Below, one piece after another: positions 1 to 48,647 of a stretch of DNA of 64,000 bases. The DNA is taken from assembly GCA_020137815.1 (NCBI GenBank), contig CM035361.1, forward strand, positions 310,001 through 374,000, in the 5' to 3' direction. This DNA comes from Hormiphora californensis. Taxonomy: Eukaryota; Animalia; Ctenophora. Below the pieces are notes generated by a model. That model saw nothing but the letters and a program-made list of their open reading frames with translations. It was not told the DNA's origin and searched no databases. The position numbers and the translations under genes are program-made. Position 1 is the stretch's first letter, and the number at the start of each line of letters is the position of its first letter.

Positions 1-3000
1 GAAACACGATTCTCCGCTAGCTGTATGAGAGAAGATATGTTAGAGGGAGGGAGGGAGGGAGGGAGGGAGAGATAGATAGAGAGATAGAGAGACAAATAGA
101 GAGAAAGAGATAGAGAGAGCCAGCTCTTACGTGAGGCAGCAAATATCGTCATCAAAATCACGGTGTCAGTTGCTGAGACCATGAAATCAAGTAGACTGCC
201 AGTTGTTATCACTTCATCAGATTCCACACAGTTGACCGTCCAGAAACTCTCTGGAATTGCATCCAGACAACCTCCTACACTCTGTAATTAGAGAGTTAAT
301 TTATTAGTCAATTAATTAGTTCATACCATTGAATACTATTAAATTAATGATTATTGAATATTGATCGCTCGACCTTCGTGTTAGGGTCACCGCGATGTGC
401 AAGTTTGCACTGCAACAGCTGTAAAGGAACAGCAACTCTTACCGATTGAGCGATGATTTCACTACCGTAGTATATGACCCAGTAATCCACAAATTGCACC
501 AGCTTCCTAAAAAAGGGAATGGCCTTTAGTTAATTAGATTTAATGAAATATTAACACAACGCTATAAGCAAAAATACAAAAGACACTTCAAAAAATCCGA
601 TTTAATATTCTTCAGGAACCGACCGAATCAGGAAATACTGGTCCCTGATTGGTTGATTACTTGTGTCGGTCGGTTCCTTATACTTACACATGTTTTCTCT
701 CGGGAAGTTCCTCCATACCATCAACCTTGATATAAACAATCCCTGAACCATCCTGTTTGAACTTCCTCGCCACGTAATCACCCGTTACCAGGTCCTCTGG
801 GAGATTGATGGGTTAACTGTTATACGTACTTAGAACTATAACGTCGATTGTGAGGCACAACCGAATATAGTAACTAATTGGTTTATACACATTCGATATA
901 TAATTCGATACATCAGCTATGAAACCAGAAGAGCTGCCACTTTTTCAGAAACACCAAAAATGTTGACCACGATCCTTGACACACCCAGAATTATTGTCTC
1001 ATGTAAGACTGTCAATCGATCAGCGTGTATGACAATTGACAACTGAATCAACTTACCATTACAGGCTATGGTTGGAAGAAGAGTAATGTAGGCACCACAA
1101 AGAGCAGGTCCAGAGTCTGGAATGAATCCTGAAGGAAGTTAGGTTATTTTATCAGCTGCAGTCAACCCCACAAAACAAATTGTGTCACACGCCCCTTTGT
1201 GTTCGTGCAGGAAAGCAGAACAACTAGGATACAACTGGTCATTACCTGTAACAAAGGGAGTTGTTGACCCAGCATCTGTTCCAGGTGTAGCTGTTCCAAA
1301 AGGAGGAGTTATTGTAGGCCCTGAGAAAAATGTTGTTGGGCCCTTTGTTTCAGGCGCTCTTGTTTCAGGCGCTCTTGTTTCAGGCGCTCTTGTTTCGGGC
1401 GCTCTTGTTTCGGGCGCTCTTGTTTCGGGCGCTCTTGTTTCGGGCGCTCTTGTTTCGGGCGCCATCGTTTCCCACTCTGGTGGCGCTATTGTTCCTCTGT
1501 CTGGTGGCGTTATTGTTCCTCTGTCTGGTGGCGTTATTGTTCCTCTGTCTGGTGGCGTTATTGTTCCTCTGTCTGGTGGCGTTATTGTTCCTCTGTCAGG
1601 TGGCGTTATTGTCCCTCTGTCTGGTGGCGTTATTGTTCCACTGTCTGGCGGCGTTATTGTTCCTCTGTCTGGTGGCGTTATTGTTCCTCTGTCTGGTGGC
1701 GTTATTGTTCCTCTGTCAGGTGGCGTTATTGTTCCTCTGTCTGGTGGAGTTATTGTTCCAGTGTATGGTGGCGTTCGCGTTATTGTTCCTCTGTATGGCG
1801 GTGTTATTGTTCCACTGTCTGGCGGCGTTATTGTTACACTGTCTGGTGGCGTTATTGTTCCAGTGTGTGGTGGCGTTATTGCACCTAAATTAAATGGCGT
1901 TATTGTTTCCATGTCGAGTGGATTTATATCTTTAAGGTCAGGTCATCTGACCTTAAAGAAAGACTCAGGTGGCATCTGCTGTTCTACTACATATTACGGA
2001 TCAATGTAAGCAGATTGTATTATTCAGAGTATAAATTCTAGACAATAAGTAGAATGTTTTCCAGTTTGCATCAGACACTTTAATCGTACCGCCAATACTT
2101 AACTACTAACTAGTCAATAGAGGAGCTACGAACAAAAGCGTAATATACGGAAAGCCAAATATCATCACTCAACACCTAACAAAACAAATAGGGATCACGA
2201 ATAAAGATTCACCAATCAGATCGCTAGATCTGTTAAAAAATGACGACATACGCCGCCAATCAGGATGTGCAGCACTTAATTTTATATTTATTGTTGCCCT
2301 TCTTTGAACACGATTCCCATTTCTTCTGAATGAAGTTGAGCAAGCGTCGTAATCTACTGTCTACTGTATCAATTATAAAGCATTTGAAAAATGCATAGCT
2401 CCCCTAAACTCTATTTGCAATTTGCTCAAGGAAGAGCAACATTCGAATTGATTATCATTATACCTTGATCAGGTCGTATGGGAGGATCACTAGACATGTG
2501 AACTGTACTAGTCGTTCCGCTTTGTTTTGTCAAATGGATGTGATGATACTGTACCTGCATCTGGCGGCGTTGTTGTTCCTCTGTCTGGTGGCGTTATTGT
2601 TCCTCTGTCAGGTGGCGTTATTGTTCCTCTGTATGGTGGCGTTATTGTTCCTCTGTCTGGTGGCGTTATTGTTCCTCTGTCTGGTGGCGTTATTGTTCCT
2701 CTGTCTGGTGGCGTTATTGTTCCTCTGTCTGGCGGCGTTATTGTTCCTCTGTCTGGTGGCGTTATTGTTCCTCTGTCTGGTGGCGTTATTGTTCCTCTGT
2801 CAGGTGGCGTTATTGTTCCTCTGTCTGGCGGCGTTATTGTTCCTCTGTCTGGCGGCGTTATTGTTCCTCTGTCTGGCGGCGTTATTGTTCCAGTGTATGG
2901 TGGCGTTCGCGTTATTGTTCCTCTGTCTGGCGGCGTTATTGTTCCTCTGTCTGGTGGAGTTATTGTTCCAGTGTCTGGTGGCGTTATTGTACCTGCATCT

Positions 3001-6000
3001 GGCGGCGATACTGTTCCTCCAATCGGCGGCGTTATTGTTCCTGGGTGGTTTGTATCCGTTATTGGAAAGATTTCGACAGTCATGGAGGATTGGTAGGGTC
3101 TATTATCTAATCATATGACATATAGAAAAGCCCACAGGGCAACTAAGGATTATTACTATTGTGTAACGCAGCAGTAAAAAGCTTTTTATTTAGGTATGCT
3201 TTCTAAAACTAGGCCTCTTATAATTATACGCTCATAAAGCAAGGGTTCTAAACTTTACAAGTGGGAGTTTGAAAAATCAATTCCCAGTATGAACTCATGA
3301 ACAAATGGCTTACCAAAGGGTGGTGTCCAAGTTGATTGTCCTTCACCTAGAGACGTTTTGGAGTGAGATATAGGTATTAAGCTGTCAGGCCAATGCTCTG
3401 ACCACAGTTCTCGCACGCTCCGCTTATTTGAGAGAAACGAGAATGGGTCAGGCCAATGCTCTGACAGGTATTAAGGGTACCATGCTGCAGCATTGTACGT
3501 GAACAAGAATATATTAGTTGCACTATGTATCCATAGTGCCGTGTTTCCCTGCCTTCAACTTCATGTGATCTGACCCGAGCAGATGGGCTGTATAATTAGC
3601 CTCGTTATGTGATCAGTGAGGTTGAGAATGTTGACACCTGACACATGAGTGTCACAATCTCTGTTATAATCGGCTGTTTCATGAAACCTGTTAATTGGTT
3701 TGATGAAGGAGCAGTTGCTATGATCTCCGTGACAGGATTTCAGTTACGCAGACGAGATACCCCCAGAAATCCTAGATTTGATCTTTTCAGCACACGTGCT
3801 AAAATAAAACGATTATCCGGATGGATGCCTTCGGCATCCACCCAAGTAGAGGAAAATAGCAGTGAAAATAGCAGGCTTATGTTATGTGTGTCCTACTAAT
3901 ATATGCTCTTATGCGAATACTATTGAGTGATATGATAACACGCGTGAAATTAAAACCTGTTAAATCTACCATCGTGGTCGGCTCAGAAGTTGTGGGTGGC
4001 TTAGGAGTTGTCGGCGGCTCAGAAGACGTGGTCGGCTCGGGAGTCGTGGGTTCAGGAGTCGTGGGTGGCTCAGGAGTCGTGGTCGGTTCAGGAGTTGTGG
4101 TCGGTTCAGGAGTCGTCGGTTCAGGAGTCGTCGGTTCAGGAGTCGTGGGTGGCTCAGGAGTCGTGGGTTCAGGAGTCGTGGGTTCAGGAGTCGTGGGTTC
4201 AGGAGTCGTCGGTTGAGGAGTCGTCGGTTCAGGAGTCGTGGGTGGCTCAGGAGTCGTGGTCGGTTCAGGAGTCGTGGGTTCAGGAGTCGTGGGTGGCTCG
4301 GGAGTTGTCGTCGGCTCCGGAGTTGTCGTCTGTTCAGGAGTCGTGGTCGGCTCAGGAGTCGTGGTCGGCTCAGGAGTCGTGGTCGGCTCAGGAGTTGTCG
4401 TCGGTTCAGGAGTCGTGGTCGGCTCAGGAGTTGTCGTCGGCTCAGGAGTTGTCGTCGGTTCAGGAGTCGTGGTCGGCTCGGGAGTTGTCGTCGGCTCCGG
4501 AGTCGTAGTCGGCTCAGGAGTCGTTACCGCTGGTGTCGTTGTCGGCTCCGGAGTTGTCGTCGGCTCGGGAGTCGTTACTGCTGGTGTCGTTGTCGGCCCA
4601 GGAGTCGTTACCGCTGGTGTCGTTGTCGGCTCGGGAGTCGTGGTCGGCTCGGGAGTTGTTGCTACTGGTGTCGTTAATGACGACGAAAACTCTACAAATG
4701 ATGTTGAGAATTCGCCTGACGATGTCATTAAGTTAGAGGTTGTTGTTGGTTCGGGAGTCGTGGTCGGTTCAGGAGTCGTGGTCGGTTCGGGAGTCGTGGT
4801 CGGTTCGGGTGTCGTGGTCGGTTTGGGAGACGAGGTCACTGGCGATGACTCAGAAGTTTCCCAAGTGTACGTTGTTACACTACTACTGGACATGGTAGCC
4901 CACGTTGTTGGATCTTTGGCAGCGGAGACAGTTGCAGGTGATAAGAGCAGGAACACGAAACTAAGTTTTAAACCTGAGAGTATAGTTTTACGGTTCAGTT
5001 GAGGTTCGTTCAGTCTGTGAGGAGGATATCATCTGACTGGATCACCACACGACGCTGGTATTGTAGAACATCAGAGGCACGGTCCACATACTTGACGATA
5101 TAGTTTGACACCAAAACAGTTCTCCAGAGATGAGGACAAAGTTCCAAATACAGTAAGGGACAAATAACCATTAACCAAATAAGGAGGGTTAAATCTCCAG
5201 AGATCATGGGAAGGCAAAGTTACAAGGTAGTTCCTTTGTGACCACGAATAACTCACCGAGGACGACACATGGACACGTTGTAAAATGTACGTATAAACTT
5301 TTCAAAATGAATTATGTATGAAGTTACGACATTAATTTATTACCACAATCATGTGATATACGTTTTGTATTTGAGACAGTGAATAGTTTCAGTGACACTT
5401 TTACGGGGGTGTTACAGGGTGTTAATTTTGGATATTTGCAAACCCAGAAATAAGCAAACAATTCTAGCTCATTTAAATTTGATACTTGGACTATTATGTG
5501 CCCTCATTCAAGGTTTACGGTGATTTCAGAGCTCTAGCACCCCGGGAACTTCGTCTTTGGCATCTCAAGTATACCAGAAGTATTTTCAGAGAGAGAGAAT
5601 TAGAAAGAAAAAGATAACAGGGGACAGGCACCCTCAGAAGATAGATAACAAAAAATCCTCCCTATCTACTGCAGCAGTAATCCGTACACTGCAACAGTCA
5701 GTTGTAGTTGCTTGGTTTTGTGTTGTATCCCCCCGTCTCAGTTTCCCTCCGCCATCCCTTTACCTCTTTACCGTCCAACTTTATGGCCAATAATGTTAAT
5801 TTTGGGGGGTTTCAGCTTATTTTGGGCCTACCCAGCCAACTTTACTGGCTCCTGTAGCCCGAACACCACCTCCAATCATCGTGAAACTTTAGAATGGACC
5901 TAGAAATGTCTAAAAGTGTTTGGCAAAGTCTCAGGTACAGAAAAGTATCTTGAAATGTCAAAAACATACTTTCCGTGGTACTATAGAGCTCTGTCAACAG

Positions 6001-6238
6001 CAGAAACATTGAATGAGGGCACAACATAGTCCAAGTATGAAATTTCATAAGCCTAAATTGTTTGCTTTTTTTCTGGGTGAATCACAACGTTTTGTAAAGA
6101 TCCCAAATTAACACCCTGTATTAATTAATTAATTAATTAATTACTAGTGTTAACTATCTAGTCAAGAGCAATATAGTACTCACCATAGCCGACTGTGAAA
6201 ACTAAGAAACCTGAAAAGAAGCAGTGTAATAAAAACAT
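1..6238 (-). CDS. Secreted mucin-like Thr/Pro-rich multi-exon protein, 3' end outside window
   Basis: Signal-peptide exon 6184-6238 (MFLLHCFFSGFLVFTVGYG, gtgagt donor). Large repeat exons at ~3957-4973 (PEPTTT), ~2508-3083 and ~1139-1912 (GTITPPDR, APETR). Small GT-AG exons at ~1057-1128, 688-796, 443-506, 374-418, 131-282 and 1-21 splice in frame into a Cys-containing globular region. Some internal junctions are unresolved and it could be two genes. Confidence 0.65.
614..678. mobile_element. Short intronic MITE-like element with 13-bp terminal inverted repeats
   Basis: aggaaccgaccga ... tcggtcggttcct flanking 'atcaggaaatactggtccctgattggttg'. Recognised as resembling an abundant Pleurobrachia-type interspersed repeat; not verified. 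Confidence 0.6.
1346..1910 (-). repeat. Coding tandem repeats: 15-bp (APETR) and 24-bp (GTITPPDR) arrays
   Basis: ggcgctcttgtttcg and ggcgttattgttcctctgtctggt units; open frame on minus strand. Confidence 0.95.
2549..3046 (-). repeat. Second 24-bp GTITPPDR coding array
   Basis: Same unit as 1478-1910, including the same GTITRTPPYT variant unit. Confidence 0.95.
3382..3467. mobile_element. 86-bp mini-element with CTGTCAG/CTGACAG termini and 8-bp TSD
   Basis: gtattaag duplicated at 3374-3381 and 3468-3475; internal direct repeat gtcaggccaatgctctgac at both ends. Confidence 0.65.
3972..4822 (-). repeat. Coding PEPTTT/PEPTT tandem repeat (18/15-bp units)
   Basis: ggagtcgtggtcggctca-type units; ORF 3877-4956. 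Confidence 0.95.
5415..6118. mobile_element. Non-autonomous Tc1/mariner-type TIR element
   Basis: TA|cagggtgttaattt ... aaattaacaccctg|TA with imperfect arms of about 110-130 bp; same family as 52688-53889. Confidence 0.8.
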
Positions 6239-6544
6239 GAACAGTTTCTATTCGAGGGAAGTAATTACACTAAAAACTGATTATTCGCGTGAACTAATTA
6301 CTATTAGTAATTAAAAACAGCTATCACAATCGTCAATCATAGGTAACTTTGTTGTAACGTACACAATATTTGGATAAGGCCTCCCATGTGTGTTGCGGGC
6401 CTGCAGTAAGATTCCCAAGATTTAATCCACGATTTAATTCAGATCAAAAGTAGTCGGTAGTTTCGAAATGGGTTTCTCAGCTTGTAGAATCTATATCTCA
6501 TGGCGACTCCGACCTCTCATTTTAAAAGACAAACACCTGCCCTG

Positions 6545-6612
6545 ATTGGTCAACTTAAATCAGGTGACTTGTTTCCTATTGGCTAATCCTGGTCCTCCTG
6601 GCTTGTGATTGG
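6545..6612 (-). promoter_or_regulatory. Cluster of three CCAAT boxes
   Basis: ATTGG at 6545, 6578 and 6608 (spacing 33 and 30 bp), between the divergent mucin-like and cyclin genes. Confidence 0.35.
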
Positions 6613-6781
6613 TCCAGCTGCAGGTCGCCATGACACGTGGTTGCGCGGCTTAATGGAAGCGTTACGTCGGTAACAAGCATTAGAGGGGGAGGATCTCGCT
6701 GTGGGAATTCGGGAAGTATTCCGTGAGAGTATCCCTTAAAGCATGGCAACCATGGTACCAAATAAGCCTGGAAGAGGGGGT

Positions 6782-6783
<2 letters not shown>

Positions 6784-6857
<74 letters not shown>

Positions 6858-7030
6858 GAGATGAGAAGAGAGAGAGAGGGAGAGAGAGAGAGAGATGAGA
6901 AGAGATGAGAGAGAGAGGAGAGAGAGAGGAAGAGAGAGAGAGAGAGAGATGAGAGAGAGAGAGAAGAGAGAGAGAGAGATAGAGAGGAGAGAGAGAGAGG
7001 GAGAGAGGGAGATAGAAGGGATGAGAGGAG
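6784..7030. repeat. (GA)n microsatellite; similar tracts at ~7918-8055, 27822-27887, 30312-30410, 31188-31365, 35010-35173, 41534-41657, 44936-45042 and 58038-58218
   Basis: Direct inspection. Confidence 0.95.
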
Positions 7031-7187
7031 GGGCTAAAATCATGACGAGATATTGAACTTCAATCACTAAAATGATGTTATGGCAACGCATGCACTTTAC
7101 CGTGTACATAATACCGTATTTTGTCAACACTTGAACACTCCATAAATTAACCCTTCATGGAGCCACTAGAATCAGAAACCACGTACA

Positions 7188-8373
<1,186 letters not shown>

Positions 8374-8511
8374 TGTTTTTAGTTAATTAGTTGTAGTTTA
8401 GTTACCATGTTGTTTATCGCAATTACCCTCGTTTCCCCTCTTCCTTCCCCTAATATCTATCTATTAATTCTCTCCGATCCCCCTCCCTCATATTATCTTA
8501 ATCCAGGCACC

Positions 8512-13270
<4,759 letters not shown>

Positions 13271-14658
13271 CATTGTTAACATTCGTGGTGTTAGCACTGT
13301 TAAAATTGTTCAAGTTAACATTGTAGATACAGGGACTGGGATATCAAATAGGAATTAGAATACGATATGTGTAGAGTTAGAATTATAGTTTAGTTTTCGA
13401 CTAGAATTAGATGAATTGATTGTGTATATACATTTTTGTTGCGTGTTTAATTTTTAATTACATTTCAAACTTCACTAGAACTTAGAAATGTTTATTTGTG
13501 TGTTTTGTGTAACTAACTAGAACTATAGAATTAGAAATATAAGACAAATCATTATGAATTGAGTAAGCATTTTTTTGCTGTGTGTTTTAAACTTTGTTAG
13601 ATATAGCTGTGTGTTTTAGCTTTAGAATTAATGTAAGTACAACTGTAAGTAATAAAAACCCAAATTTACAAACTAATATTTTAAATTTTAAATTGATTTT
13701 TAACTAACAACCAATTGTTTATAACAGAAGTTTATTATGTAGGGATAACTTCCTTTTTATCATCATATTGAACTTTAGAATTTAAGGCCAAGGCAAAACT
13801 AAAATGTCAAAATGATTAGAATTGTTATTTGTTTAGTTATCATAGATTTGATTTGTGTATTTTGTTTTACATGCGTTAGTGCGTTACATTATTAGACAAA
13901 AGAATATATTTGAGATGTGTTATGTATTTGTTACATTGTCTAGACATTTGTCTAACACTAGGGCCAGGGGTGTTAAATGAGTGTTTGATTTATCTATTAA
14001 CTTTAGAAACTTATTTAATTAGTGCTAGGCTTTTTATAATACAAATATACTATACACTGTATAGTATAGTATTATAGTAGGTATGTATTTGCTAGAATTA
14101 GAGAATGGATTTGTATGAATTTATTTGAACCTTGAAAAATGATCAGACATGTGTTTTAAGCTGTTCTTAATCTAGGTGACTGCCTAAAAGGTCAAAGCTG
14201 CTGTAAATTGTGGTGCAACTGAAAACAAAATGAGAAATCGTCAAAAAACCATTCCATTTGAGCATTTGAAACAGACTACAGCAATTCGTGTAACACAACA
14301 AAAAACGCAACCGCGAAAATAATCCGTGGGAAAGAAAGAGACGCATGGGGTGGTGCGCGGCGATTTGCAAATGCTGAAATGGGATGGTTTCATTTTAATA
14401 ACTGGGTAGGGTACCGCGCGCACCAGTTTTTACCACCAATGTGTGACCGAAACGTTTTATCATGGGCCAAATGAGGCAAATCATCAAAGTGGAAACTCCG
14501 TGTTTCTTTTTCAGAAATAAATGAATTAGATATACAAATATCAACATACTTCGTGTAGAAAATACCGTCAGATTAACAAATTAGCTTTCAAAAACAGGGG
14601 GATGCGTGAAAAAAAATCTCCAAAATTGTCTCTCCAAAAAAAACAAACAAGTCCAATT

Positions 14659-44470
<29,812 letters not shown>

Positions 44471-44931
44471 TTTATCTATAAAGAGAGTTATTGAGAGATT
44501 GGGATAACTATGCATTAAATTGGATAGTGAGTAATATGCACCTAAAAAGGAGAGAACGGAAAGGGGAGTGAGATTTGGTGAGAATAATATAACTAATTCT
44601 AAATCTCTCCAAATTTAGAAGCACAGAGTCTACAAAGGAAACAGAAGCAGAGGTCGACAAAAGGCCTGCACTGACAACACGCACAGCAAGGTGTTGAAAG
44701 GTCTAGTACACGCAACCTTCACGGCTTATACACATTCTCTCTCACTCGCTATCTCCCTCTCTCTTTCTTTCTCTCTCATTCTCTCAATCATAGACCTCTT
44801 TCGTACAAGTTGTTATAATAGTCCCGACTGGTTAAAAGCAACATAGGTGCAGTCAACAAAAAGACGGTTTTACAAAACAGGGTTGGGTAGGACGGAAGTA
44901 AGAAAATAAGTGAGAAAAAGCAGGGACTGCT

Positions 44932-45046
<115 letters not shown>

Positions 45047-45217
45047 AAGGGGAAGAACCAAAATTGAGTTAGAAGTAGCGTGTACTAATATGTAATGTAC
45101 CCTTGCACCAAGAAACAATGAAACCCAGCAACTGTGCCATAAAATTGTCATAAAAATATAAATTAGCACGACCAATCGTTATAATCTGAATAATATCTGG
45201 GTCTGTCTCTTTCTTTC

Positions 45218-48200
45218 TCAGCCATCATCTGAATCACTCTCATCATCATCAAATCGAGATTTCTTTTTCTCCCTCCTTCCTCCCTCCTCCTCCTCCCCCA
45301 AAACACTAGTATTCACCACCAAACTATCACTCAGCAAATCTCTCCTCTTTTTCAAACTCATAAACTTGGCAACCAGCGCATCATCCGTCTCCGCATCAAC
45401 ATCGAATTCCTCATCAACAAATCCAAGTGCCACATTCATTGTATCATGTGATACCGCAGCAAGAGCTGAGGGTGCTATATCCGGTGCTGAGGGGTCATAT
45501 TCCTCTTCTGGAGGATCTTCTTTAGTGTCCATTTTCTCCGTACTTTCACCAGCTCAGATTCCTCTCAGTTTTAACTTCTCCGCTCAGATTCCTCTCTGTT
45601 TTAACTTCTCCGCTCAGATTCCTCTCAGTTTTAACTTCTCCGCTCAGATTCCTCTCTGTTTTAATTTCTTCCTTAACCAATGGTGCCATAAGATTTCTCC
45701 GGGGGAGGAGGGGTTTTACTGGTTTAGGTCCTGAGTTGACAGGTAGGGGGAGAGAGTCCATTAGTCTCCGCCGAACTATACTAGCTCCATTGGGTGCTAT
45801 CCTGTTGTCCGAGGGGCCTCTTTCTCTGTACTCTGGCGCTGGGGAGGATACATGGTTAACAAGGGTGCAGAGAGTAGGGAAACGCGGGGTTATGGTACAT
45901 GATATCGAATGGGGGGGTTGTAAGTTTTGTTAAAGTTAGTTCACCCTCCCCTCTACCTCCCCTCCTCCTCCTCCCGCCCCAGTCCCCACTGGCCCCCACC
46001 GACCTTTGAATTCCCTAGCCCATTTAACCGGCTTACCCTTGAAATCCTGGTTAGGATTTAGAAATTCCTCCCTCGGAATGTCACTACCACCCTTCTCTAT
46101 CTCCTCTGCTTCCTCCTCCTCTAACTTTATCTCTAATTTATCTTTTTCTTCAGGTATCACCACTGTACAGTTCTCTGGTATTGTCTCGTTGTTTATTCCT
46201 GGTAGTGGGTTGATCTGTTAGAATTTTACTGTAGATACGCATTCCGATTTATGGGGTAACAGAAATTAATGATATTTCAATAGTTTCGAGAGCAAACTAC
46301 AATTATATAATTATCACACACCTAATTTCCGGCAGAAAATCTCTGATTGTGGGTTAGCCGTGATAAACTTGTCTTCAGATGCATACTGCTTGTAGACAGG
46401 TACTGAGGGATAAACATGATTTGTTAACAGTTAACATGAATGGGGGGATAAAAGAGAGAGATAAAAACGGAAAAATAGTTTTACCTGTAACTGTAAAGTT
46501 TTCTGGGATTTGAAGTGGTCCAAATCCTGTTACAACCTCTTCTATTCGTTCCTCTGTAACCTAAAAGAGCGCTGATAAAACCACGGTTTGGGGAGCGGTC
46601 AAGATTATCCACAAAAATTCATGTTTCTCAAACATCAAGCCGAAAACACAGCCCATTTCAAACAAACCTCTAGCCATGCAGGTAGCCGTTGGTCGAAATT
46701 CAGGGGACTGTAGTACTTGGCAGTGTCAGCAAGTACTGCTAACCATTCAGGGTCGTATTCCAGGACTGGGGGCGCACCTTGTAACTAATAGGGGAGTGGG
46801 TTAGTGGGGTGCCCGGGCCCACCGTGGGGCTGAGCAGGCAGGGCAGGGTGTTCTAATACTGGGGGTGCACCTTGTAACTATATGTAGCAGAGAGAGAGAG
46901 TTAGAAGGGAGAATATATGGGGTGAAGGGAGGGGGATCAGGAGGATAGAGGATCCTCCCCTCTCCTTCTACCGTAGGAGGTGGTTGAGTAACATAATTAA
47001 ACAGGAGAGAAATGATTAACACCTATATCTAACTAACTAATCAGTTTACCTCTTGTCCAATGTCAAGGATTTGCAGGAACTTCCGTCGTGGGAGACACTT
47101 GTCAAGAGCAAGGAACCTTGTTGCTTTACCAAAGTCATCATGAGGAATAATCGCCGAGAATTTCACATGAAGGTGACCTAGATCAGGAGGTAAATATTGT
47201 AGAGAGTACATTTGAATGGAAGATCATTTAAATGTTTGCAATTTTACACAAACAACAAAAAAGGAAAAAACAAAGAAGTTACAGATAAAGGAAGCGATCA
47301 AACATTGCATTTTACAAACACAACTTTACCTGAAAACCAGTATGCAGGTTGTATAATTTCCAGAATTTCACTATTTGAAGGACTGCCCAGGTCGTTATTC
47401 TTTATCTCGTCCTCAAAGAAGGGTTTAGCTCGAATCAAAGATGGTCTGTCACCAAAGTCGTATACACCTAAATCAGACATTGAGTAAAATTAAAGCTCAT
47501 GTTTTGTAAAAAAGGTGAATCAATGGAGACTACTATATAAACTACTAAATAAAGCTATTTATTTAGGATGGGTGCATGTAACTCAATATCTCTCACCTAT
47601 CGGCCAATCGTGGCTCATGAATATATCAACGGGTTGTCTAATACTCTTACATCTCATAACTTCAAGGGACCGAGTGTGAAAGATACTGACAACATCATCT
47701 GATGATAAAGGGGGAACCTAGGGGAGAATTTTAGATTTTAAACAATCTAACAAAGTACTGCTGATTCAGTCAAACATCAGTTTACCGTAAACCTCGATTT
47801 AACACAACACATAGAAGGTTACCAGTAATTCAGCACGACATTATATATACTGTTCAAAAAATCGGAAAGTCGAGGTTTATCCTCACATACCTCGTGGTGA
47901 CCTTTGTGGTAGTCGAATTTTTTGTAAATTCCCGAAATTCCTCCAATTCTGAGGCCTCCGACGTTAACAAAACCAGCCGATCCAAGAAAATAAATATTTG
48001 GAGCCAGCCAGCCTCCATAATATCTGAAGGGAATGTGAAATCGAGTAAGAGTTGTAAAACAGATGTTGGCAACAATTGATAAATTAGGTCTCGATCCTTC
48101 GGTTCCCCATTGAATTGGGTCTAAATTTCCAAAATAATAATCATGTGTACTTACAGCTCCCACATGTGATTGCTGGCCTCGTGATTACCGCCAATAACTA

Positions 48201-48647
48201 TAGTTAGAACTGGAGCAGTTGCAGCTCCACTGTAATACCGCCAAAAATCTCCCATCGCTTCAAACTTTTTCGGTATTTTTACAAACTTCAGATCGTACTC
48301 GTTTCGGCACGCCTAAATAGAGTAGGTTCCATGAACCTTCTGCTTTATGCACCTGTGCGTACCAAAATTACACTTTTTCCAAATGTTTTCTGGGCCGAAG
48401 CAAAAACACAAAGAATACGTTGAACAATATATTAGTTTGTGCCTGTCGATCATTACCTGAAAGTCCCCACAACACAAAAGTAGATCAACTTTCTTTCCAG
48501 TCTCCTTTTCGGACTCCAAAATTGTTTCGTAAATTTTGTCCAGCTCCCCATGGCTGCACCCTTGAACTGCGATCTAAAATGCAATTATTAAGAATGCCAT
48601 TAATAGAAACGAGGCCATAGAAGGGAAATTGTATTTCTTACCCTCAT
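45218..48647 (-). CDS. dbr1: Lariat debranching enzyme
   Basis: Spliced exons give MR|[26 protein letters not shown]|[65 protein letters not shown]|GHLHVKF and [15 protein letters not shown]. Acidic C-terminal tail has an apparent +1 frameshift near 45551. Confidence 0.95.

Noticed and set aside
1182-5002. Long plus-strand ORFs (GGVIVPLS, LVALLFLC and GSGVVV repeats)
   Set aside because: They are antisense shadows of the minus-strand Thr/Pro repeats; the splice signals and signal peptide lie on the minus strand
45218-48647. Functional link between DBR1 and the neighbouring retroelements or intron oddities
   Set aside because: Proximity alone is not evidence in a genome this repeat-dense
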